From Octopus sinensis (Eukaryota), in the NCBI RefSeq assembly GCF_006345805.1, contig NC_043000.1, positions 132,432,001-132,496,000 of the forward strand: a stretch of 64,000 nucleotides of DNA, in the 5' to 3' direction. Below are positions 51,822-64,000 of this stretch, piece by piece. Every line of letters begins with the position of its first letter. Position 1 is the stretch's first letter. A model generated the notes under the pieces. The model searched no databases. It was not told where the DNA came from and saw only the letters and a list, made by a program, of their open reading frames with translations. A program made the translations under genes and the position numbers.

Positions 51822-52707
51822 TGAGGTCTGATCAATAAGTATCCGGACTGGTGCTATAAAAACAAAACTACAACATGTACCGATTTGGCATTTAATCCCC
51901 TTCGTGGTAGTCCCCTTCGGAAGCCACACACTTAATCCGGCGCCGGTTCCGTTGATGGAAGCATTCCTGCAAATCTTTTTCTGGGGTAATCAGCAGCTGC
52001 CTCGTCGTATTCACTTTGATTTCCTCGACGCCTTGAAATCTTCTTCCTTTCAGGCGGGATTTGATGTTTGTAAAGAGGAAAAAGTCGCAAGGGGCGAGAT
52101 CTGGGGAATACGGTGGCTGTCGGACCTGGGGAATGCTGTGCCTCACCAAAAACCGCTGCACAATCTGCACTGAATGGGCAGGTGCGTTGTCATCTGCAAA
52201 TAGTTTTGGCACAAACTTGGCAGACACGTGTTTCATAGCCAAATCTTCAGTGGTGATTGACTGAACTGAATCGTAACTAATCTGCACATCTTCTGCTAAC
52301 TCATGGATGGTGATTCGACGATTTCCCCTCACAGCTGCACGCACATGTGCGATATTTTTTCACTTCTGTTGGTTGCGGGTCTACCAGATCGTTCGTCACT
52401 ATCGACATTTTTTCGGCTCATTCACTCCTCTCCATACACTTTCTGCAACATTGCGTAGGTCTCTGAGCAGATATCGCCAAGCTTTTGGCAAAATTTGGTG
52501 CAGATTCATGGTCAATGCGACGATCACACGCTACTTACGTTCCTTCCAAACACTGCTGTAAACAGCAGAAGTGAGCTAGAACGTTAAAACTTAGTGCACA
52601 TGCACAACAAAATCCAAGGTCAATCTGTGTGCAGTGGCTTTACTATGTGTGCTTTAGCTTCGTTACTATGTATGGCAACAGTCCGGATACTTATTGATCA
52701 GATCACA
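51822..52707 (-). mobile_element. Internally deleted mariner (DD34D) transposon
   Basis: TIRs TGAGGTCTGATCAATAAGTATCCGGACTG / CAGTCCGGATACTTATTGATCAGATCACA. Transposase remnant RRITIHELA..SAKFVPKL|DDNAPAH..PPYSPDLAPCDFFLF..KGRRF. The segment holding the first catalytic Asp is deleted. Confidence 0.93.
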
Positions 52708-53046
52708 CATATATAAGTATCCTGACGTAGCACCAGTAAAAAACGACTGGGTTCATTTCTGTCACCTTTCAATGATTATTAAGTTTCTCCTGCTCCAAGC
52801 TTGCGTCTATTTGCTTGTTTCTTGCGGTCAGTTTGCTGTAATTCTCACCTATTTACACCAAGCAATGGACTTCACGCAATAATCTACGTCTTCTTTCTAC
52901 AGAGAAGTGTTGAGTGTGAATTTCTTCGTCTGTTTGGTTTGTCTTCCAATTATCTGTTGTTTATTTTGAAAAGCCAACTGTTCACTTCTTTACTCTTACG
53001 CTCCCATCCCTCACCCGTGCTCTCTCTGTTTCTGTCTATCTATCTG

Positions 53047-53125
<79 letters not shown>

Positions 53126-53397
53126 CTCTCTCTCTCTCTCTCTCCATTATTCTCGCTCACATGCTTTATTATTTCTATCTCACTCAATCTCTCTAAGCGC
53201 ATATAGCTCCCTTTCTGTTTATATTTTATCTCAATCAAAATTTGCACCTACCCCTCTCTTCATTTTCGCTATCATAAACAACTTTCTTTCTCTCTCTCTC
53301 CCTCCCCCCCTCCTTTCTCTCTCAGCCTTACAGCAAATAAAATAGGATGGACTTGGCTCTATACATACATACATACATACCATACATAAATACATAC

Positions 53398-53428
<31 letters not shown>

Positions 53429-53480
53429 TATACATACATATATCATATATATATATATAATATATATATATACATACTAC

Positions 53481-53514
<34 letters not shown>

Positions 53515-53675
53515 CATACATATATATAACTTAATATATAATATATATTATATATATATATAATAAATACGCAAACATAAAGATACATGTAAATACATAA
53601 CATTAGAGTATGTATACATATAAGCATACAACATATACAAACACATATGTACGTATATATGTATATCTATATGTG

Positions 53676-54385
53676 GCTGTGGCATAGCTGTGTGGTAAGA
53701 AACATTGCTTCCCAAACCACATGGTTCTGGGTTTCACCTTGGGCAAGTGTCTTCTATATATCTCGGGTCGACCAAAGCCTGTGAGTAGATTTAATAGACG
53801 GAAACTGAAAGAAGCTTGTCGTATATAAAGGTAAAGACCCCCTTCGGTCATGAATGACCATGGGATTGCACTAGAAAGTTACCCTCACAGACACCAAGTC
53901 GGGGCAAGGTTTTTATGGAAGACCAGCAGTTCGCCCATGCATACCAGCCTCCCCTCTCCACGCCACCAGTGTTATCCAAGGGAAAGGCAAAGGCTGATAC
54001 AGCATGTCACTTGTGATGTTGCAACTCATTTCTACAGCTGAGTGAACTGGAGCAACGTGAAATAAAGTGCCTTGCTCAAGAACACAACACGCAGCCCGGT
54101 CCGGGATTCGAGCTCACAACCTCACGATCGTAAGCTCGACGCTCTAACCACTGAGCCATGCGCATTTATGTGTGTATATCTTTGTCTGTATTTGTCCCAC
54201 CCACCTCCGTCGCTTGACGACCGATGTTGGTGAGTTTATGTACCCGTAACTTAGCAGTTCGGCAAAAGAGAACGACAGAACCGGTGCCAAACTTACAAAT
54301 AATAAATCCTGAGGTCAATTTGTTCGACTAAAAGGCGGTGTTCCAGCATGGCCGCAGCCAAATGACTGAAACAAATAAAAGAATA
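53676..54385 (+). mobile_element. SINE family A interrupted by SINE family E
   Basis: Head at ~53676-53826; body resumes at ~54165. Confidence 0.85.
53827..54163 (-). mobile_element. tRNA-derived SINE, family E
   Basis: Minus-strand head GCGCATGGCTCAGTGGTTAGAGCG...GAGCTCGAATCCC, then a CORE-like TTCTTGAGCAAGGCACTT..CAGCTGTAGAAATGAG segment. The domain assignment is inference. Confidence 0.88.
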
Positions 54386-54441
54386 TATATGTACATACAC
54401 ACTCACACACACATATATGTATGTGTGTGTGTACATATATA

Positions 54442-55267
54442 CAGAGTGCAGTGAATAAACTGTCGTCTAAATTACAGCAAAAATGAAAATAGCATTTTAA
54501 CTTATATTTACCAAAATTACATGAAAATATCTTGAAATACTGAAGAGTAAATTAATTCAATAAAATCACCATTGGTTTCGATTACGGCCTTCAGATGACT
54601 TCAGAATCTTATGCAGCTCTTCTGGACAGTCTCCTTGTATACGTTGGTGAACGTTACTATAAACCTTGCCTTCGGTTCATCTTTGGTGTTACGAGGAGAT
54701 TTGTTAGTCAATCGTTCAACTGTAACCCACACAATATAATCAAGGGGGTTGCAGTCTGGGGAGTTAGGTGGCCAGATGTTAGGGGAGATGTGGTCGGAGA
54801 AATTGTCTGACTGCTCGTGTGGCATGGTGCAGAGTCCTGTTGCTTGACATAGGGTCTTTCAGCAGCCACCCTATTCACCAAGGACAGCACTACCTCCTCC
54901 AGGCACTTGATATAGGCCACCATGATGAGTCTGAGGCCATATAGGAAGATGAATAGAGGCATAACGCCGCCATCACTAGTGATCACACCAAATACCATAA
55001 TGTTGACTGGATGTTTGATTTTCGTCACTCTCAGGACATGTTCATATTGGTACGTGTTAGTATTGGAACTTCCGGCGCGAATGCCACGCAGTACAGCATG
55101 TCGTTTCCAAATTTCTGGTAGAATGAATTCGTCATGGTACTGTTTTTCCCACAGACAGTGCACAATTGGCCTTACTATAACTGTATAGTCGACAAAATCA
55201 AAAACAAACAATGTGTATCCGCGAAATTTAGAATGTAAAATGGTGACAATTTACCCATCGCACCCTG
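54442..55267 (-). mobile_element. Internally deleted Tc1/mariner element, maT (DD37D)-like
   Basis: TA flanks and CAG(A/G)GTG imperfect TIRs. Remnant KHPVNIMVFGVITSDG...QQDSAPCHTS and, frameshifted, WPPNSPDCNPLDY. Confidence 0.88.
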
Positions 55268-55441
55268 TATATGTATGTATATATCTATAATACATTAAAA
55301 ATGAGCTTCAATCTTGCTTGTTTGCTTGCAATGTAACAAAGCTAAACTGGCACATAATAGGAATATATATTATATATATATTTTTTGTGAGTGTGTGTGT
55401 GTGTGTGTATCTATGTATCTATTTATGTATCTATCTATCTG

Positions 55442-55476
<35 letters not shown>

Positions 55477-56051
55477 GCAAACACACATGCATACATTCAT
55501 GTATTCATGTATATATATGAATTCGCTTAGGCATGGCGAAACCTACTAATAGCCAGTTGTTAAAATCGAATATACTTACACTTTAGAGTAAAGCGCCAAA
55601 AGAGAAGACAGCATAATATTAATTAATGAATAACAAAACAAAAGAAAACTCCCCAAAAAGGAGTTAATATACGGCTGTTTCTGCTGTAAGAAGCATTTCA
55701 CTGAGAGCTGAGAGCTTGTACAATATCCTATAGTTTCCTTTGAACTCTTCTTGTATGACTTCTTAAACAGAAGCGGAAACAAAAATACAACAGTTCAGAC
55801 AAAATGAAGATCACGACTTCTCTAGCCTATGCTAGCCCCTAACCATGTGTCTCCATGAGTAAGAAAACTACAGTCATCTTACTTCTGTTCAGCAGGGTGT
55901 CTTGCAACCCTCTTCCCTTAGCTAGCCTGGTGAGCATATCGGTTTAGTCGCTGGCGACAAGGCCATGTAACATGCAACGTGGGTTACATGTTACGAATTG
56001 CACCTAGAACAGCTGTCATAACAGTATACATGCATACATATAAACATGCAC

Positions 56052-56091
<40 letters not shown>

Positions 56092-56278
56092 GTATATATA
56101 TATTATATGTATATATAACACACACTCGCGCATATATTTATAGATACATTACATACATACACATATATATTATATAATAAATATATATGTATATATAATA
56201 TAAATATATACATAAACTTATGCATAGATATACGTATACATGCATACCTACATATACATACATGCTTGTATGCATGAA

Positions 56279-56311
<33 letters not shown>

Positions 56312-56631
56312 GCATGTCTACATGAATTCATAAATACATGCATACACGCATACATACATTACAAATACAATCCATAAGCGGAACACTAAAAGTGTGTAAG
56401 ACTTTACTGAAGTTCGAAATGTGAATATTCTTTTTATCTACATTCCAACGACGGAGTTTTGTATCTTTGTTAGAAAGCAACTCCTTCCTTATAGAAAGTC
56501 TTCAAATGAAAAACAAAAGAGGACTTACATACAATCCACCGTTTAACTTTCGGTCTATTTACATTTTTAAGCATTAGATTTACACCTGTAAGTGTTTATA
56601 GCGACTAATGGTATATTTTGGGTTGGCATGT

Positions 56632-57292
56632 TGTAGCCGTCTAGCAAATGTAGCGTGTAGATGTAACGCTTCAAGGTTCTCTCGACGGAGTACCAGCAAA
56701 CATCGAAGAATCAACACCAAGAAGGAAGAAATATGATTTACATATGTTTATTCGTTTGCCCGAAAGGTAGTTAAAGAGACAGTAGCAATTCTAGTGATAG
56801 TGACAAGATTGGCTAGTTGGTTAGTATTTGATAATGTAGAAAAAGGTTGTCGGTCTGTCGAGAGTGAAAGAGTGAGGAATGCACGGTGCTGATTAGGAAA
56901 GGATAGAAGTGACATCGTCTTTCTTGCGGCCGAGGAAAGTGATGGTCTTGGTTATGGCTGATACAAAAGAACGTGTTGCTCCTTGGTCTGACTGACACAA
57001 AAGAGAGAGATAGACTATGGTTGAGCAGTTAATGTAGGTCAAACCTAAAACAAAAGGACTGACCTTTCCTTGACCAGCACAGGTCCTGGGGGGGTCGAGT
57101 GTTTCCTATCATCATCTCTGGTGTGGAGAGGATTTCTCTCTCGTTTTGACAAGCAACAAGAAGCAGGTAGATTTGGTTTGAAATCTCAGGCAGGGCCCAA
57201 ACTAGATCCCTACACTACGGATCTAGTTTGACCCTGCCTGAGATTTGAAACCAAATCTACCTGCTTGTTGCTTGTCAAATTAGATCCCTACA
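56632..57292 (-). mobile_element. Probable solo LTR (copy 2) with terminal inverted duplication
   Basis: Collinear with 21327-22139; TGTAG...CTACA termini. Confidence 0.6.
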
Positions 57293-57671
57293 TGTTGATG
57301 CTCTTTTGTAATTAATTGTTCTTCTGTACCAAATTTGAGACTTTGCTTCAAATAACCAGAGGAACATTGCTAATTGAAAAAATAGTTACAATTACAAACT
57401 ATTAATGGAATTGTGAAAATATGCTGAACAATCCCGAAGAGTAGCCTACATGATGTACATACACACACACATAAACACAGAAACGTGTATATGTTTACAT
57501 ACGTAAATAATGTATATGTATACATACATGCAATAACATGCATACTTGCACACATACATTCACGCGCGCGTATGTATGTGCATTCGTACGTTCATAATTA
57601 CATGAAATAGTGTTATAGGCTGGTGGACGAATAGACTTTAGTACGGTAGTTTAATAAACCCTCCTCACATA

Positions 57672-57705
<34 letters not shown>

Positions 57706-57959
57706 TGCACGCACTTACATATATATACATAGATGGCTACAAGCATACACATAGATATAAACACATGCAAATCATAGAATATGTGGTGGTCCATTATTCA
57801 AGTGGAAATAAATTCATCAACGTGTTTATAAGCAGCATGCTTTCAAACCAGTGGCGGATTCAACGTACATGCGTGTCTGTTGGTTACGCAGTGTGTGTGT
57901 GTGTGTGAGTAAAGGGAGAGAGAGAGAGAGAGGAGGGGAACATAGAAAGTGAGAGATAG

Positions 57960-58439
57960 AATGACAGAACAAACAGATAGGAAGATATTTACTTAGTTGT
58001 CTGACTGTCTGCTTGTCTGTCTCTAGATAGATAGATAGCAAGAGAGAGAGAGAGAGATAGATAGATAGATAGATAGACAAGAGAGAGAGAGAGACATATA
58101 ATATATATATATATAGAGAGAGAGAGATAGATAGAAAGACGCGACAGACAGATAGATAGATGCTAGATAGTAGACAGAGAGAGAGACATATAATATATAT
58201 AGATAGATAGATGGATAGATTGACAGACAGAGAATATATATTATATATAACTATATATATATATACTATATATATATATAGAATATGATAGATAGATGGA
58301 TAGATTGACAGAGGATATATATATATATATATATATAGATATATATATATCAGAGATATATATATATATATAGATAGATAGACAGATAGATAGATAGATA
58401 GATTGATAGATAGATAGACAGAGAGAGAGACATATATAG

Positions 58440-58524
<85 letters not shown>

Positions 58525-58652
58525 CAGATAGATAGATAGACAGAGAGAGAGACACACACATATATATATATATATTTATATATATAATATATATGATAGA
58601 TAGATAGATTGGACAGACAGACAGACAGACAGACAGATAGATAGATAGATAG

Positions 58653-58692
<40 letters not shown>

Positions 58693-58720
58693 ATGACAGA
58701 CAGACAGATAGATTATTTTC
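57960..58720. repeat. Degenerate (GATA)n/(GACA)n/(TA)n complex
   Basis: Directly visible. It is the source of the 243-aa and 177-aa spurious ORFs. Confidence 0.93.
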
Positions 58721-59244
58721 TGATATATAGACGGATTTGAGAAAGGCTGTGGAGAAAGATAGCAGAAAGGACAAGCTGTAAATACGTAGAAACCATAGAG
58801 GCAGTTATGATGGATAACGTGTCTCCGTGTGTGTGTGTGTGCGAGTGTAAGCATGTGTGAGTATGCGTGTGTATGTGTGCGAACATACATGTGCACACAT
58901 GCATGTTTGTGCTAGCGTGTGTATGTATGCTGAATGGAATTTCGGGAAAGATTCGTGCCTGCTTAAGGTCACCACCACTTTCTGGTGTGTGTAAGAAAAT
59001 CTAGAGAAATCTTACAGCTGTCCTCCTCTTTCACACTTGTACAACGTGAACGAACGCAGCCTAATGGGTAAACATGGGCACACACACGCATACGTACAGT
59101 TACACGCGAACACAGACGCTCACACCGCAAGCATGCATCTGTCTACACAGTAACAGAAATCACATACAAGCCTATACACACATATGTAACACATAACATA
59201 ACAGTTGTACATGCATCTCAGCATAGCAATTGTGTCAGAGTGAG

Positions 59245-59282
<38 letters not shown>

Positions 59283-59469
59283 TAAGAAAAATAAACTTCA
59301 TCTCGCTCGGTACAAAACTTTGATTTTTATATCGTTTCCCACAGTCAAAGGTGGAATCTCGTAGCATATGTATTTTAGTGCACATTTATGTATATTAAAT
59401 AACATGCATATTAAAATAAATATACAAGCTAATGTGTACATAGATAGATGCATAAGACATTGATGTATA

Positions 59470-59917
59470 CGTAGATATATAATATATATATATATAGATA
59501 TATATATATATATATATAGATATATATAACATTCTATTATATATATATATACCACATATACACTATATTATATAATATAATATACTACTATATATATGTT
59601 TAGTATATATTTATATAATTATATATATATATAATATAGAAGTAGAGATATATATATATATATAGATATATATATACGAATATATATATACTATATACGT
59701 ATATACGTATATTCTATAATAGATATATATATATATATATAGATATATATATATATATGAAGTGTATGTGTTGTGGTGCGTGTGTGGTGTGTGTGTGCAT
59801 GTGTGCGTACGTGCTTATGTGTATTTTATATATATATTATAATATATATGCAAACGTGCAACCATACACATATCTGAAACTATATGTATATAATATATAT
59901 ATATAATATATATATAT

Positions 59918-59971
<54 letters not shown>

Positions 59972-59975
59972 CTGT
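59470..59975. repeat. Degenerate (TA)n arrays
   Basis: Directly visible. Confidence 0.93.
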
Positions 59976-60007
59976 ACATGCGTTATATAGTGATGTGTGT
60001 ATGGAGT

Positions 60008-60048
<41 letters not shown>

Positions 60049-60183
60049 AAAGAGAGAGCATGGTATCCGTGCAGCTAAATACCGTTAAAGGTCGTATAAC
60101 AGTGTAGTGTGACAGTACAAAGTAAGAGTTTAGTTTTACAGGTTTTAGTGCTTTAAAGCACAGTGAGACTGTATACGTCTATG

Positions 60184-60369
60184 CCGTATATGTCGACGTA
60201 TAAGTCGAATGGAGGTACAACACGTGTTCGTAGTTACGAAAGAAGGGATAATCTGCAGTCAACCATATCTTATGCCACCTTTTATATATGGTGTATAAGA
60301 CGAATCCCAACTTCTTCTAACGGCTTATTATTGAAAATTAAAATTTCGTCTTAAACACCGATGTACACG
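60184..60369. mobile_element. Decayed Tc2/pogo-like MITE
   Basis: CCGTATATGTCGACGTATAAGTCGA ... TCGTCTTAAACACCGATGTACACG imperfect TIRs; internal GTATAAGACGA subrepeat. Confidence 0.45.
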
Positions 60370-60390
60370 CAGCACGAACAAATTCCTTTG

Positions 60391-60421
<31 letters not shown>

Positions 60422-60487
60422 GAATATATATATACATACATATACATATATAAATACATATACATATAAACGTATATATGTATATAT

Positions 60488-60529
<42 letters not shown>

Positions 60530-60572
60530 CATATATATATATATATAAATACATACATATAAATATATACAT

Positions 60573-60656
<84 letters not shown>

Positions 60657-60954
60657 GAATGTATATTTATACACACATACACATACAAGCGTAGATACAG
60701 TGGGAGCTGCCTAATGTTATCAAACGGTTATTGTTATCGGAATTTTAAAGTAAACTACTACAGAACCCGTGTAATTAGGACAGAGATCAAAAGGAAAGTG
60801 TCACAGTAAAGAAGGCGTGGTTGGTGTTTGGTGGTTGTGTGTGGGTGATGGTGTCGGTGGAATCCTATGTTGGCACAGGGAGAGGACATACTGGTGCGTC
60901 ACGTTTGGTGCATTAAACGTGGTTGCAGGTATTGGTGGATAGGTGTATACAAAC

Positions 60955-60987
<33 letters not shown>

Positions 60988-61020
60988 GTGATCGATAAGT
61001 TGACCTATGTGTGTGTGTGT

Positions 61021-61163
61021 GTAAGAATCTTGCTTCCCAACCACATGGTTCCTGGTTCAGTCCCACTGCGTGACACCTTGGGCAAATGTCTTCTACTATA
61101 GCCTCGGGCCGACCAAGGCCTTGTGAGTGAATTTGCTAGACGGAAACTGAAAGAAGCCCGTCG

Positions 61164-61209
<46 letters not shown>

Positions 61210-61450
61210 TATATATTTATTTATGTGTGTCTGTCTTTGTATCTGTTTTTGTCAACCTACCATCGCTTGACAGCCGATGTTGGTGGGTTTATGTCCCCGT
61301 AACTTAGCAGTTCGGCAAAAGAGACCGATAGAATAAATCCTAGGCTTACAAAGAATAAGTTCTAAGGCCGATTTCTTCGACTAAAACCTTTTAAGGCGGG
61401 GCTCGAGCATGACCGCAGTCAAATGACTGAAACATGTATAAAAAGAATGT
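61021..61450 (+). mobile_element. SINE family A, 5'-clipped
   Basis: Body and tail match the family. Confidence 0.88.
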
Positions 61451-62012
61451 ATATATATATATATATTAGAGAGAGAGAGTTGAGAGAGGGAGAGAGTTGA
61501 GAGAAAGAGAGAGAATATATATATTCGTGCGTGTGTATATTATATATATATATATATACACACGCACACACAATTTTAAAATCTAATACCGGAGTGTGGG
61601 TTGGTCGAATCGTTAGAGCGCCAAGCAACATGCTTATCACAATTTGTTCTGGCTCCTTACTGTTAGTGTACCAAATCCTTCCAAAGAGAATTTGTCTTCC
61701 ATCCTTCCTGACTGGACAGAATGAAGTACCAGTCAAGTATTGGGGTCGACTTTAATTGAAGACCCATCTATGACAATATGTAATGGCCTTGCATAGTGAT
61801 GTAGAATCCAGAACGCTATCCTACCCTGGGACTCCGACGGCTGGTGAAGTGACACAGTGGTCAATATATTCTGTTATCATTCATTTGTAAACATCAACTA
61901 CACCGTCAACACGCAGCTTATGTACACACTCTATCATTCACTCGCTCATACAGTTAGAGCCGACCTTAGTAACAAGGATAAAGCAATATAATAAGAAAGA
62001 CTATAATCTAAT

Positions 62013-62625
62013 ATATTTTCTGAAAAGTTCCTAGCTTAACGGGTATCGCAAAAAGCCTTGTTGGAGACTCAACCTTCCGAGTTCTTTTACAGGGATTAGT
62101 GGAGGCGCAATGGCCCAGTGGTTAGGGCAGCGGACTCGCGGTTGGAGGATCGCGGTTTCGATTCCCAGACCGGGCATTGTGAGTGTTTATTGATCGAAAA
62201 CACCTAAAGCTCCACGAGGCTCCGGCAGGGGGTGGTGGTGAACCCTGCTGTACTCTTTCACCACAACTTTCTCTCGCTCTTTCTTCCTGTTTCTCTTGTA
62301 CCTGTATTTCAAAAGGCCAGCCTTGTCACATTCTGTGTGTCACGCTGAATCTTCCTGAGAACTACGTTAAGGGTACACGTGTCTGTGGAGTGCTCAGCCA
62401 CTTACACGTTAATTTCATGAGCAGGCTGTTCCGTTGATCGTATCAGCTGGGACCCTCATCGTCGCAACCGACGGAGTGCTCCTAAAAAAAACAGGGATTA
62501 GTAGAACTGAAGAACTGCTGCAATAAGTGTGTGAAACTGCAAGGGGAATATGTTGTATAAAATCATGGTTAATTGATCTTCCCGTTTTTTTCTTTTAAAG
62601 CCAGGAACTTTTCAGCACCCTGTTG
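62013..62625 (+). mobile_element. Mariner-derived non-autonomous element split by a SINE
   Basis: CTGAAAAGTTCCTAGCTT / AAGCCAGGAACTTTTCAG TIR cores. The 3' part encodes QGLVELKNCCNKCVKLQGEYVV* (mariner C-terminus). Confidence 0.75.
62101..62490 (+). mobile_element. tRNA-Arg-like SINE with family C head and a different 3' half
   Basis: GGAGGCGCAATGGCCCAGTGGTTAGGGCAGCGGACTCGCGG head. 12-bp TSD ACAGGGATTAGT at 62089-62100 and 62491-62502. Confidence 0.93.
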
Positions 62626-63566
62626 TATATACAAAAAAGATACTGATTGGACTGAGAAGCTGCATTATTAGTTCAATGACTTAGAGACTCGTGCAAAAGC
62701 ACTTATCAAACTACTTGATAAGTGCGACGCACGTAACTATCATCCCTTGAGTCACTGATGCTGCTTATCATAGCAAATAATATAATAATATAAAGCACTC
62801 TGGTTAATGTCTTGAGTTCTAGTTTCCCATTTGTATAAACAACCCTAATACATACATACATACAAGCATACATACGTACATACATACATACATACAAGCA
62901 TACATATAGGAAGGATATAGGGGTGTTAAAATAAATATAGATATTAAGTTGCATTTAATTGGTGTTTATAAATGCATGCAATTAAGTGAACAAACAACCG
63001 CTCGGTTACAAGGGCACAGTTATATATATATATTCATAAGCATTGTACATATGCACACACACACACGCACATGCACACATACATACGCATACACTCACAC
63101 GTGCTAATAGATAAGGCTGCATCGCTAAGAAAAACACAAACGCACATTCCCATTCACTCTCATAAAGAAGGCACTTATGATGATACAAACTGACAAATAC
63201 ACATACATTCCTGTACACGCATGCAAAAATGAACCTCTCCAGAAGGTTATCTCGGCGGCGGCGCTCGACCTGCTAGAAATAGCAATCAAATCTCCCTCAA
63301 ATCAGAAACCGTCCTCTTAAAACAAAGAAGCAAGCATTAGTTAATGTAATCTTGCATATTCTTCAGGACATGTAGAACTACATTAACGGTGTGTGGCCTA
63401 GTGGTCTGGCTGTTGCGCTCGTGATTATAAGACTGCGATTTCGATTCTCAGACGATGTTCAAGTCTACACATTGCTAAATGAATTCCACTTATAGCTGAG
63501 CCGTTAAATCTGTGACAGAGCAGCGTACAATTCAGGGAGGAGTGTTGTAACCTCATTCGCATATAC

Positions 63567-63959
63567 ACCTATTTCTTTACTACCTACAAGGGGCTAAACA
63601 CAGAGGGGACAAACAAGGACAGACAAACGGATTAAGTCGATTACATCGACCCCAGTGCTTAACTGGTACTTAATTTATCGACCCCGAAAGGATGAAAGGC
63701 AAAGTCGACTTCGGCAGACGAAATACCTATTTCTTTATTACCCACAAGGGGCTAAACACAGAGGGGACAAACAAGGACAGACATAGGTATTAAGTCGATT
63801 ACATCGACCCCAGTGCGTAACTGGTACTTAATTTATCGACCCCGAAAGGATGAAAGGCAAAGTCGACCTCGGCGGAATTTGAACTCACAACGTAACGCAG
63901 ACGAAATACCGCTAAGCATTTCGCCTGGCGTGCTAATGTTTCTGCCAGTTCGCCGCCTT
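63567..63959 (-). mobile_element. SINE family B dimer
   Basis: Same GACGAAATACC|TATTTCTTT junction at ~63727. The distal unit has a short deletion. Confidence 0.92.
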
Positions 63960-64000
63960 ATTTACCATGAAAACCGAATTAAGCTCCAACTTTATGAACT

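Noticed and set aside
52840-52990. Minus-strand AG|GTGAGA donor near a GA-rich tract
   Set aside because: A single signal with no acceptor or ORF support; expected by chance in 64 kb.
62101-62175. tRNA-Arg-like sequence
   Set aside because: It is the head of a SINE continuing into a body, tail and TSD, not a tRNA gene. The same holds for the other tRNA-like heads.

Overview
This is AT-rich, extremely repeat-dense eukaryotic genomic DNA. The SINE families and microsatellite load resemble an Octopus (cephalopod) intron or intergenic region; that species call is an inference from recalled repeat families. No intact protein-coding gene, rRNA, true tRNA gene, CRISPR array or prokaryotic system is visible. 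Nearly all ORFs in the track are microsatellite translations (IYIY, HTHT, VCVC) or pieces of SINEs. What can be supported: (i) at least five tRNA-derived or LINE-tailed SINE families in more than 30 copies, several with clean 12-17 bp target-site duplications (TSDs); (ii) decayed non-LTR retrotransposon fragments (RTE-type, R4/Dong-like, CRE-like, Tx1-like); (iii) Tc1/mariner relics, including a foldback built from two mariner 3' ends, plus hAT and Tc2/pogo-like MITEs; (iv) two probable solo LTRs of one family; (v) Penelope-like terminal fragments carrying hammerhead ribozyme motifs, two with a complete catalytic core (38006-38066 on -, 48896-48939 on +). The most intriguing non-repeat signal is a pair of paralogous 41-nt candidate terminal exons, 4.7 kb apart (42239-42279 and 46967-47007). 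Each ends in a CaaX prenylation motif (CLQM*, CLLM*).
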